From Lytechinus pictus (Eukaryota), in the NCBI RefSeq assembly GCF_037042905.1, contig NC_087252.1:10542001-10606000 (forward strand): a stretch of 64,000 nt of DNA. Reading direction: 5' to 3'. A program made the translations under genes and the position numbers. Below the pieces are notes generated by a model, which saw only the letters and a program-made list of their open reading frames with translations, was not told the origin of the DNA and did no database searches. Of the stretch, positions 13,600 through 26,100 are shown piece by piece; within the stretch, counting starts at the first letter, position 1; every line of letters begins with the position of its first letter.

Positions 13600-13964
13600 A
13601 ACGTAGATGGCGCTTGATTTTTGACCTCTGACACGAGTTCCCTAACGACGGATCAGCGCTTCATTCGCGAACCACTGAGCTGTGATGTTTTGATAAGAAT
13701 TCTACGGGAAAGTTCAGCGGATCGGATCGGACGACGAAGCATACGCTAAGCTGTCCGACCGGGGAACTTACCAGCGGCGATAACTCAAACGTGCCATTGC
13801 AGCAGAAGGCGAAAGACGTGAGCGAAGCAGTTGAAGTTAATCATCAATCAGATCTAGGACCGATTCAATTCATTAATTCGACAGGCGTGAACGAGAACTC
13901 TCTTCACTTCAGTCTTGCTGAATATTTCCTTTTCAAGGACAAAGTTGAAGAATATCCAGTGAAA
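13600..13964 (+). promoter_or_regulatory. Putative promoter/5' UTR of the SPA17-like gene with an RFX X-box-like site
   Basis: Locally CpG-rich. GTTCCCTAACGAC at 13637-13649 (reverse complement GTCGTTAGGGAAC, X-box-like), AGATGGCG at ~13605, Inr-like TCATTC at 13661. RFX control of ciliary genes is established; function here is inferred. Confidence 0.5.
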
Positions 13965-14118
13965 ATGGCTGTGCCTTTTTCGAACACAAAACTTCGAGTT
14001 CCGAGAGGTTTTCAAAATCTTCTGGAAGGATTGGCCCGTGAAGTCTTGAGGAATCAACCTGACAATATTTATGCCTTTGCAGCGATATATTTTGACAACT
14101 TGCTGAAAATGAGAGAAC
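13965..14118 (+). CDS. SPA17: SPA17-like coding exon 1 (RIIa domain)
   Basis: AAAATGG start context, C|GTAAGC donor, 154 nt. Confidence 0.92.
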
Positions 14119-17100
14119 GTAAGCCTACCTTTTTTTTAGCATTGTTAAAGATGAAAAAAATTGATGGGGGTGTCCAAAGTCAAACTCAAAGGCCAAACTC
14201 ACCAAAGCCTTGAATTGATCATTCATTTTGTCATGTTTGTCATTTTTGAACGTTGATGGACATGGTCATGGTCATGGACTTAAATTTTAAAAGTAAAAAA
14301 TATTCATCAGCTAACTAAGTTAATGTAAGCCTAAAATTATTGATTAATGATAAGACCTAGGCCTAGATTCACATTTTATCCAAGACCAAATAATATTAAT
14401 ATATGATGGGGTGTCCAAACTTCAAAGTTCAGGCTTAATTTCGTTCACAAAATATTCACAATTTATACAAAACCAATTCAAGAAATAGTTACCACATTGA
14501 CGGCAAGGTCCTAAACTATAGTGTAAAATCATTGAAGAAAATGTGTAGTAGGCCTAGGCCTAGGTCAAGGCGTTTCGCCGGTATCGCGATCTCAAAATTC
14601 TATTCACATCGACGAATGCATGCTGTGCTGGAAAACCGTTCTTTAAAAAATGTGACCTAGGCCTAACTTAGCGGACCAAAGTTTTTGAGGAAATTTAAAC
14701 TTTTGTTTAATTTTTTGTTTAAATCGATTAAAATCGATCTAAAAAAGTGAGATATTTATAAATTATATCAGATTGACGACAAAATGCTATAGAATCAGTC
14801 AGTATGATGGTGGGCCCCAAGTCTGCGCACCTAACATTCAATTTGAGTTAAGATTTAACATGAATTTCTTCTTATTTCACAAAATCTTTCAGTTAATAAT
14901 GTTCCTTATATTATTATGACAAGTAAGTGTACCAAATTTCTCAATGAAAAATGAAAGAAAATATAGGATTTTCTTGAAAAAACCTCGGGCAGTCATTTTC
15001 AGATTGAAAAAAAAAAGGTACCCCATGTCTGCGCACTCATTCACTTTGCACACGATTCGGGGATTTTGATGAGAAAGGCTGCATTTTGTGGCCGTCACAT
15101 GAAATGCCCTAAATTCATTATTTTCCCACTATTTTGAGTCATATTTTTTATGAATACCTGTCTATGTATTGCATGTGTAAAGTTTGTGTTCGTTGCGTAT
15201 CTTCTTAATAATAGAATCGCGCAGATATGCGAGTGCGCAGACAAGGGGGACTGCGCAGACTTGGGGGAACTTGCCATACCACATTTAACTCACATTTTTG
15301 TCTCACCTGCATAGCAGAGTGAGACTATAGGCGCCGCTTTTCCGACGGCGACGGCGACGGCGGCGGCGGCGTCAACACCAAATCTTAACCTGAGGTTAAG
15401 TTTTTGAAATGACAGCATAACTTAGAAAGTATATGGACCTAGTTCATGAAACTTGGCCATAAGATTAATCAAGTATTACTGAACATCCTGCCTGAGTTTC
15501 ATGTCACATGACCAAGGTCAAAGGTCATTTAAGGTCAATGAACTTAGACCATGTTGGGGGAATCAACATCAAAATCTTAACCTAAGGTTAAGTTTTTGAA
15601 ATGTCATCATAACTTAGAAAATATATGGACCTAGTTCATGAAACTTATACATAAGGTTAATCAAGTATCATTATATAACTCAAACGAAGATTCTTGCCAT
15701 CTGATTGGTTGAAAGGTGTTCAATATTTGGTCCATTTTTTACTGCGTGCATTTTGTAATTTTCCATTGCACGGTGACCGTGCATTTTTTATTTTTCCATT
15801 GCACGGTACGCGCGCTAGCGCTCGCTCAGTATAATCCTTGTATGTCTAATTATTGTGTATGTGTGTGTGTGTGTTCGCGCGCATGAAGTTAGCGCAGATC
15901 AAACTGACTGTGCGCACTCGACTCAGATCCATGAAGCAATGCGCGTCACAAACATGAAAGCAAAGGGCTGATGAGCTGTCGATACATGGTGTTATCCACC
16001 GACTAGCAATTATCAGAGAAAAATTAGTTGCTGGAAATAGGCCAACCTAATCTTTATCTTGTTATTCCTTTTTTTACATTTTAAAAAACTTTGTAACTTA
16101 TATGAGTTATATAAAACAAATAATGAATGCAAATATTTGTGCAATGGAAAGAATATTTACATTCGATGAAAGATTAAAAGTTCCATTCAACTCGGCTAAC
16201 GCCTCGTTGAATGGAACTTTACATCTTTCATCTCATGAAAATATTCTTCCCATTGCACGCATACACATTCATTATTTGTATACTGAACATCCTGCATGAG
16301 TTTCACGTCACATGACCAAGGTCAAAGGTCATTTAGGGTCAATGAACTTTGGCCGAATTGGGGGTATCTGTTGAATTACCATCATAACTTTGAAAGTTTA
16401 TGGATCTGATTCATGAAACTTGGACATAATAGTAATCAAGTATTACTGAACATCCTGTGCAAGTTTCAGGTCACATGATCAAGGTCAAAGGTCATGTAAG
16501 GTCAAAGAACTTTGGCCACGTTGGGGGTATTTGTTGAATTGCCATCATATCTCTATAAGTGTATTGGTCTAGTTCATAAAACGTGGAAATAAGAGTAACC
16601 AAGTATCACTGAACATCTTGTGCGAGTTATAGTAGTTTTCAAAATCAGCACTGCTGCCAGGGTTGGCACGTTTTAAACGGTGTGTTTTAAAACATGTTTT
16701 AAAACGCGTTTTAAAACACCCGTTTTTTTTACAAAAAAAACGTGTTTTAAAACACCTCATAGACTTGTGTGTTATAAATATGCATGGTCATGGATGTGAT
16801 TTTAGATGAATATTTTTTTATACTTTTATTTCTTAAGTGGCGCATTATTTTCTTCTAACTAGATCTCTTTCTCGACACCACTCTTTTTCTCTTCCCCCCC
16901 TTATCCCCCTTTCTCCATCCCTTTGTCATGTCCCTTGAAATCCTCTTGTTCAATTGTGCACATCAATCTATATTAAGAATATTCTCATTATAACAAACAT
17001 GAGTGTTGTGCTTTAAAATAAGCTCAAATATGGAACTTGAATGAAATGGAAGTGTTGCACAAGCATAATATTTTACAAATAGACTGTAAAACTGACATTG

Positions 17101-20100
17101 TATTCTTGAGGTACACACAAAAGCAGGTGAAACTTTGCGCTTTGTAAATATGAAGAAAAGTACTTAAATTCAGTATAAAATAGTCAGCAAGCAAACCTTA
17201 AAAGACAAGTCCACCCCAAGAAAAATGTATGCTGAAAATTTCGTCAAAATCAGATGCAAAATAATAAAGTTTTGCTTAATTTTGCAAAACAGTTATATGC
17301 CCATCTTGGTCGGTATGCAAATGAAGGGGACTGATGACATCACTCACTATTTATTTTGTATTTCGTTATTTTCTCATTGTCATGTGAAATAAAGTTTAAT
17401 TCTTCCCTGAACATATGGAACTACCATTGTTTTAACATTTTTTGGTTCAGTCAAGTAGGTCATCTGAAAAAATTGAAATTGTATTGTTCAAACAATAACA
17501 ACAAAAGAAATAGTGAGTGAGGGACATCATCAACTCTCTCATTTGCATATCACTGAGATGTTATTATTGTTTTGTGAATAAAAGCGAAACTTTACAATGT
17601 CATACATGTAACTTATTTTATATCTGATTTCGACGAAACTTTCAGCATTACATGTATGCTTGTTTGAATTTTCTCTACAGATTGAAATCAACATTTTTCT
17701 GGGGTGCACTTGACCTTTAACCCTAACAGTCCAAGGGGACCGTAATGGCCCCCTAAAATTTCTATGATAAATCCATAAGCACGACAGGGCCATGCCATAT
17801 TGTTCAAGACTATTTTTGGGATGCATGCATGGGTATGCTATTATGATATTACACAAGTGCATGTCAGACCCCGAATTGCTCAATAACGTGATTTCATGTA
17901 TAAAGCCAATGCGAACTTTTCGCCAACATTCGTACCTGTATCAATATTTGTACGATTGGAAAAATATTGCCAATAATTTCCATTAAAAAATGATTGAAAA
18001 AAAAACAAAACTAACCAAAAAACTGTACAAATATTTAAATTTTTTAATTCCTCAAAATTAAATTCTTTAATTCCTCAATTAAAAAAATAAGCAGTTCAGG
18101 GGGTTTATTTATCAATTTAAACCCAAACTTGTATTTCATGCACTAAAATTGGTAAAATTGATTAAAATCAAATTAAAAGGATGGTCCGGGCTGAAAATAT
18201 TTATATCTTAATACATAGAGTAGAATTCACTGAGAAAAATGCCGAAAAATTTCATCAAATTCGGATAACAAATAAGAAAGTTATTGAAGTTTAAAGTTTA
18301 GCAACATTTTGTGAAAACAGTTGTCATGAATATTCATTAGGTGGGCTGATGATGTCACATCCCCACTTTCCTTTTTCTTATGTTATTACATAAAGTCATA
18401 TTTTTTTTCATTATTTCATACTTGTGTGAATAATATGTCTCCCTTATAATGAAATAAGTTGCAGCAATGAATATCTAATGCACTACAATGTAAATCAGTT
18501 GTCAATCCAATTTTTCTAGTTCTTGGAGGAAAAAATTTGAATAAACCTAATTTGATATAATAAAATACAAAAGAACAAGTGGGGACGTGACATCATCTCC
18601 CCACCTAATCTAATGAATATTCATGACGACTGTTTTCACAAAATATTGCTAAACTTTGAAATTCAATAACTTTGTTTTTGTTATTCGATTTTGATGAAAT
18701 TTTTCGGCATTTTGCTCAGTGAATTCTACTCTATTTATTAAGCTATAAATATTTTCAGCCCGGACCATCCCTTTAAGCTTTGAAAGCACATAGTCTATAG
18801 ATTATGTTATTTTCTTACATTGTGCGAATTCTTCTCACCCCCTAGATTGACGAGACCCAAAAGTATGTACATGTATGTAAATGTATGAGGAATAAACTTA
18901 TAAAATGTCAACTTACTTGTTTGCATTCAATTTCAATGATTTAGTAATTTGGGGGAAAATATGAACTTTTCTATTGGAAATTCAGTAACAAAAAATGTAG
19001 TTATCTTTTACTTACTCTAAAAATGAATTTAAAACATCAACAGCTTAAATTGTACTGTATTAAGTGTATAGTTTAATTTATTTACAGAAAATTTCATCGT
19101 TCGTTGGAAAAAAAACGTTTTAAAACGATTTAAAACGTTTTAAAACAATAAAAAACGTTTTATTTGTTTTTTTTTATAAAAAACGTTTTTTATTACAACC
19201 CTGACTGCTGCTATATTGAATCGCGTGATGCAGGTGAGACGGCCAGAGGCATTCCACTTGTTGATGATATCTGCTCGCAAAATGATATTGTGATGCTTGT
19301 TGAGAATATCAGATTTCTTCAGAACGGGCGCTAACGGTGACAAATTTGCCGATCTTTTGTCAATATTTTCATGAATACTGAACTCATCCTAAAGAAAATT
19401 ACGCCAAAGGGTAATTTTAAGTCGCTTTTCACGTTGATGATGTCAGATTTTAAGAATATTGTCTAGTTTTTGAGAAAATGACCGTCCGCGTAGTATGGAC
19501 ACACGCGAAGTTTGGACTCAATGCCATACCGTAGCAACCAAATTGAAGGCAAGATCGTAAACTAAAAAAAATATTAAAGGAAATGTATTGTAACTACCTA
19601 AGTTTTGTAACTTAACGTTTATAAAGTTGCTCAAGAGTGGTATGATGGGGTGAAAATAATTTGCGCACATTTAAAAAAATACTTAAAGTTGATTTTCAAT
19701 CAAAAATTTCTCACAGTTCACACAAAATTAATCAAAATCATCATGCCAAACGGAAGCAAGGCAAGATCCCAAACTTTGCCAAAGTTAGGCCCTTAGCTTA
19801 GGGTAGGCAATGGCACCAGAATTGTGCTGTAACGTTAGACATGTGCCCAAAAAGCAATAGGGCCGAGGCGAATTGGCCTCAAATTTCCATTCTAGATTTT
19901 GAGTGAACAAGATAGTTGCAGTAAATGTAGCGACATCTTCACATTTTCTGGCAGCCAAGTTGATTATCAAGACAATAAATATGACATGTTTCCACGGCTC
20001 CTCACAGAGGCTCAAACAGTCTACATGTAGGTCAGCATAAAGACATTAAAATGCCTATTTTTAGCCCCTAGCCCACACAGTATAATTTGCTTGACGGAAT

Positions 20101-23100
20101 GTAGGACAAGGGTCTGGCTGGTATTGCGATCTCAAAATTCCATGACGATGACTGGTGCGTGCTCGGCTGAAAAAGTATTTAAAAGTGTAGGCTAACCTTA
20201 AATTTGCGCACGATCGTTTGCAAAGATTTAGAAAAGGAATCAAGCAGACAAAGGTATTAAGATAATTGTGTCAGATGGGAGTTAAAATGCCATAAATTCG
20301 GTTGATAGGCCTATCACATTTTACTTACTTTTTTGGAGACCTCTGCTTGCAAACTGGTGATTTCTTGAAGCTTGTTGATAAGTTCAGATTTTCTCAGAGC
20401 AGACGCAAAAGGTAACAGAATTGAGACCCCCAAGGTAGTCAAATATATTGCTGTACACACGCGTAACCAAGGAATTTCCAAACACCCCCTAAACGAGTTT
20501 TTCTCTGTGTGCAAAATAACCCCCTAAACAAGTTTTTCGCGGGCTTTAGAACTTACTCATTTTGGCCCCTAAACAAGTTGTCGCCAAAATATGACCTCGG
20601 GGGAGAAAGCTTGGGGGGAAAAACATACCCTAAACACGTTTGGCTAGTCTTAAAAAAAAAGTTTTGGGAAAAAGCATACCCTAAATACGTTTGACCCTGC
20701 GACTGACCCAACGTTCTCGCCAGGTTCACTCTGACGCTTGGCGGCGCGAAGTGACGCAAGCCGCGCAGCGGCCTCGGTGCGTGCGAAGCACGCACGGGGG
20801 GAGGGTTCGGGAGGGGGGTGTCCCCCCTCCCGCGCAAAGCGCGGTAGCTATCGAAAATATCAATATCGACGAGCTTAGATTGCTGCTAAATGCACCACAT
20901 TTTATGTCTATTTAATGCTTCTCCGGCCACACAGCCGTAACGGTTGCGCGAATTGCGATTGAAGCAGAAAGGCAATTACTGATAACTTAAAAATTGAAGT
21001 AAATCTCATTTTATACTTACAGTTTATAGACTATTTACATCGATAGATTAACTCCATACTTTCCAATGTTCAGATCGATATCGCTACATCCTTAGAAAGT
21101 GCGATTAATTTTGTGAATGCGTGTTGTTTCTTATGTCAATGACCGACTGCATCTACGGACCGCATGCGTAGCCCTTTGAGCTTGCGCTGCGTCACGCCCT
21201 TACAAATCCAAAGATTGTTCCGACTTTATACCTCGGTCACATTTGTTCTACGGCGGCCGTACGGCGAGTCGAAAACAGCCGTTTTAGCATTTTTTGTACC
21301 AGCTGAATATAGGTGGTTACCGTGGTTTGAATAAAAATGAATAAAACGGCTGTTTTCGACTCGCCGTAGAGCAAATGTGACCGAGGTATTATTTGGAAGC
21401 CTCGGAAGTTTTCTTCCGAGGCTTCCAAATAATGGGCATCGGTATTCATGAGACGGGGTCCCCAACTTATATAATTTGCATGGTTTTTTGTTTGGTTTAT
21501 TCGATACTCACTGAAACTATAACTCTCATAAGACTTCTGTTGATGATGTTTATACTAATAATTTCCAATCGAGATTCTTTTATCACTGTCAATTATTGCT
21601 GTGTTCCTTTGTATTGTTCGTTACTCACCTATAAAATAATGAATGTGCTGTGCTCATCACGAGCGTGAGAAATATTTTTAGTCATTCATTATACTCTAAT
21701 ATTACGAATTTGTTTTTCTTAACTGCGACTTAAAATGTTTTGAAAGTATAGGTTAATTGACAGGAAATAAGATTTCTATTTTTACATAATACATTCTGTA
21801 GGCCTACAAATACAGCGTGTGTGAAAGAGAGGAAGAGGGGTGGGGTTGTAGGATGGTCGAAGGGAGAGAGCGATAGGGGAGGGGTCGTGGCGTGGACAAT
21901 GACAAGGGGATGTTGAGATCGTGTGTGTGGGATTGGTGAAGAAGTCAATATTCGAAGCGAATACATTTTTATAGACGTGTCTATACTTCTACCGATGATG
22001 ACGGCCGAATAATCTTTCTTACATGTATATTTTGGTGAGTTTAAAAAATATTTTCTTGCACCATGAGTGGGATGATCGAGGTACGTGATTCAATAAATTG
22101 CATCACAATAATTATCACTATAGGTGTAGTTTGAAAATCACGAACAGTTTATTAAAAATGAATAAAAGAGAAAGATCTTCTTAATTTTATAGCCCCCATC
22201 CAGCGTAAACACCATGAAGAGTATTTGAGGTCACGAAATCAGCTGATTCGCACTCAAACAACAGGTTAACAGGTCACACACGTGGGACACATTCCAAGGG
22301 CGGGAATTCGGGGAAACCCGTTTTCAAGCACAATGATTGGCTCAACCCAGAAAGTGAATACTAATTAGATCACGTGCTATCGGCTTTGGGGCGTCTCGTT
22401 CACATTCCAACTCATTTCATAAATATCATCCACTCGCAGTATAATTATAGGCTAACGACGTTGCCAAGATATAACTCATATATTAAAAGCACAATTCCGA
22501 TATAAAACATAAAGACATAAGTGAACTTGAAAAATTCATCCAACGATATTCAAATTATACTAGCAACTCATTGTGGGCGTGAAAAAACGATATACATATC
22601 CGATATCCTCTAAAACGTTCACACATATCAACTTCAATAATTCGTACTTGAAACGAATATCTGCATGTGAATGAATTGCCAATTCCACTTTGTTGAATGT
22701 GTACTTCTATCGAAATCTATTGAATCACGTATCTCTCCCGACCCAAGGTGGATTTTCCAATCGCCATAAAGATTATGCAGCCACAATCACAGTAGACACA
22801 TCCATAAATGAATATTAATTTCATTCGCTACGAACTAAATCCCCTCCCCACAAAGTCACAAACATCCCATCATTTTCATTTACATTGCCCACGGCCACCC
22901 CCCCCCCCCATTCTCTTAAGTTTTTTTCCCTTACACAAATTAATTTCAAATGATATTTTGTTTTAAATCGTAGTTAAGCAATTGTACAACAAATTCATAA
23001 AGCATTCACTGTGATGACTAAAAACATTTCTCAGGCCCGCGACAGGTGCGCTCATTATTTAATTGGCAGGTAAAGAGTAATAAAGAACAATACAAATGAA

Positions 23101-26100
23101 AATACACTGTACGTATAACTCACATTAAAAAAAATGAGTCGTAATGATAAAAAATGTGAATAATATTAATAAAGATTATTAAAGGGGTGGTCCAGGCCAG
23201 CTCCAAAAAATATTTAGCCCGTAGTAAATAATTACAGGAGCCATTTCAAAAAGTATTATCTCCTTACTCGACTTTGGAGATTTTTAAGAGCATTTCTTGT
23301 AACGGTTATTTGGGGCAAAAAGAATTAAATTTCGCGCACATGTAGCGAGATCGGTCACGTGATTGTGACGTACCATCTCCACTTTGGTTTCGCAACAATC
23401 CAGCGCGCGACGTCTCACAGCTGCAATATGCCTATGTGTCAGGCATACGGCTGCTCGGTTCGGCCGGGAGAAAATAACCATAAAAGTGCGTTTTCTAGAC
23501 CAAATCCGATCCGAGATCGAGAGAGATGTGCCCAGTGGCTTCACAATATTGGGACGGACAAGTTTGACATAAAAACATACAAATATAACGCGAGTAGAGT
23601 CGTTTGCGAGGACCAAATGCTCTCTCTGGCCGTCGGCATCACCGGGCAGTTCCCGCACCGACACCAGTCATTTCTCCCCACTCGATCGGCCGCTGGCTGC
23701 GGTACGATCGGATCTTCCTCCACCTCTTCTTCTTCTATTCTTCGACGGTTCTCCAACTCTTCCGCATTCCACCTTGGTTGGAATGCATATCCCGCAGGAC
23801 CCGACATATTAATTGTTCAAATTATGAAATAAACGGCGAGAAACAAACAAATTGTGAATTACAGGGTCGACGGTGGCTGCAATCAATGGCAGTCGAAAAC
23901 TACATGTAGCTAATACCGTACGTATATGCGGCCGGCGCTGATGATCTATACGCATACGTACGTGCGAGCGATAGCTAGCTAGCTAGCTAGCTCGCTCGCG
24001 CTCGTAGCAGCAGCCAGCGAAGCCAAAGTGGAGATGCTACGTCACAGAAAAAGCTGCGCATTGCATTCTGGGATCGTACAGACTCGTGCCAGAATATGAT
24101 TTTGGCAAAATTGAAAATTCAATAAAAAATAACTGTGCCTCTTATTTCTTAAAAAAAATATAGTATAGGAAAGAGAAGGTTTTTGTCTATCTAGTGGATA
24201 TAAATTAAACCTGGCCTGGACCACCCCTTTAATTATGAAAATCATAACAGATTCAATGAATATATGAAAAAAAATCAAATTAAATTAGTTTTGGATCCCA
24301 TCTAATTTTGGAAGACTATCGGATCCCCGGATCAAGTATTTTGATGCCATGTGCAGGTGCGATTTGTATTGACCGTTGCGAGCGTGAATGCAGTGGCACA
24401 GAACTTGGTAAACATGCCGTCGCGAAATTAATCAACAGTTTCAAAAGATCGACGTAGAGATCAAGACTTTGGAAATAATGGAGTAAAATCGGAATTTAAA
24501 TGTGAATAAATCATTTTGATGTAAGTAAATGAGTTGGACATTATATCAATCAATTCCATTGGCTTTGTCATTATTAACGTGATCTTTGAATAGTTTTTCT
24601 CAATTCGCTCTACGGCATGTGTCATCAGAAATGCATTCAATGAATTCATGTAGATGTAGCTATAAAGGCTGGGGCCTGGGACGAGATGAAACTATATTTC
24701 GATCGAATTTTGATAGTAATTTTGACACACTTTATTTTTGACAGAATAAGTGACAATATCAACTGAAATTCGTAATAATCTAAATTACATTGCCCAAGCC
24801 AGTAACCCACGATACCCCTCTCCCCTCACTTGTTTTGAGCGTATTTACTACCATTTTAAAGACGTAAATAATGTGAGCAATGCGATACGCAAATGCGAGG
24901 TAAACATCTTCGCGCTTCCCACAAAAGAGATTGGGCCTCGAGTCGAGGTCGTATCGTATATATAGCGCACTAGTAGTAGTGAGTGAGTCAAAGAAATCCC
25001 GGGAAGAAATCGTGGACGAAATAATCGACAAGTTTATTTTAGGATCTGAAAAGCAGATTATTTTTTTTATATATTATTCAGTTTTTGTGTAGATCTAGGC
25101 CTGCTTTACAGTTGTCGGCCACGGTTGTCGGGGAAGTTCAGGGTTGGCGGATTTGCCCTGAAAATTTTCAGGCTTGGCGGCGCCCGCCAACCGTGACGCG
25201 TGGTAGCGAGAACGTTGGACTGACCATTGACCAGTCTTTCAAAACCACCCTTTTTCTTGAAAATCAGTATTTTTGATACCCTTAACAAGTCCACGCGCGG
25301 ACCGCGTCCAAAACTGAAAAAACACCCCTTTAATCGCGTTTTTTTGGTCACGCGTGTGTACAGCAATATATTTGACTGCCCCCCCCCCCCCCCCCCCCGG
25401 GTTGAGACCCTACCTTCAAGAAAATCAACATAGGCCTACCGTACTGCATAATTTTGGGTCGTTTTTTCTGTTGGTGGTATCAGTTTTTCAAGATTTTGAT
25501 TAGAAGAGATATTGAGATATTTGACCGTGCACAAAATTAGGTAACGCGCGAATTAAGGTCACATCACCATATGGTATGGCAAATTGGCAACGGCAAGATT
25601 CCCCAAGTCTGCGCACTCCCCCTTGTCTGCGCATCAGCGCATCTGTGCGATTCTAGTAAATGGAGATATATATGCAACAAACAAGCATTACACTGGTAAC
25701 AGTACAGGCCGCCGTCTGGTGTATTATCGTACCGGTGAAGTGCAGTGTGCAAGTGTATGTAGAATCTGATAAAAAATTGCTGACAGCGTGCAAATAAAAA
25801 CACATGTAATACATGTACATAGATACTCATTAAAAATTTTACTCAAAATGGTGAAAAAATAATGAATTTTGGGCATTTCATGTGATGGTCTCAAAATGCA
25901 GACTTTCTCATAAAAATACCAGAATCATGTGCAAAGTGAATGGGTGGGCAGACATGGGCACCATTTTTTTTGTTCAATCTGAAAATGACTGCTTGAGGTT
26001 TTTTCCAAGTAAATCATAATTTCTTTCAACTTTTTATGAGATATTTCATAATTTGGCACACTTACTCATAATTATCAACCGAAAGATTTTGTGAAATAAA

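Larger units (their letters stand above)
16658..19203. mobile_element. Non-autonomous hAT-type element
   Basis: TIR CAGGGTTG/CAACCCTG; perfect 8-bp TSD ACTGCTGC (16650-57, 19204-11); repeated GTTTTAAAAC subterminal motifs at both ends. Confidence 0.85.
15295..19262 (+). mobile_element. Full-length HINE/DINE-1-like element interrupted by nested insertions
   Basis: T run + sub-TIR GTCTCACCTGCA (15300-15311), nearby partial IR GTGAGAC, (CGG/CGA)n microsatellite, central tandem repeats, 3' sub-TIR TGCAGGTGAGAC (19229-19240), small GCC-AGA-GGC stem, then TT. Confidence 0.75.
23183..24228. mobile_element. Internally deleted Kolobok DNA transposon
   Basis: Perfect 18-bp TIR AGGGGTGGTCCAGGCCAG, TTAA TSD (23179-82, 24229-32), and convergent remnants of THAP and KolX-like genes. 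Confidence 0.88.
20709..25217. mobile_element. 4.5-kb non-autonomous hAT- or P-like element
   Basis: Perfect 12-bp TIR CAACGTTCTCGC/GCGAGAACGTTG; perfect 8-bp TSD GACTGACC (20701-08, 25218-25); GCTTGGCGGCGC subterminal motif near both ends. Confidence 0.85.
20429..25401. mobile_element. CCCGGG-terminated MITE (~460 bp net) split by a 4.5-kb insertion
   Basis: TIR AGTCAAATATATTGCTGTACACACGCGT.ACCAA at both ends; 8-bp TSD TTGAGACC (20421-28, 25402-09). Confidence 0.8.

Noticed and set aside
13791..13964. 58-codon in-frame N-terminal extension of SPA17 in the ORF track
   Set aside because: It starts at GTG, and Sp17 similarity begins at ATG 13965 in a good context. Treated as 5' UTR.
23359..23832. 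Intact host THAP-domain gene nested in the intron
   Set aside because: The fourth zinc ligand is lost (CEDQ), the remainder is antisense KolX sequence, and it lies inside TIRs and a TSD.
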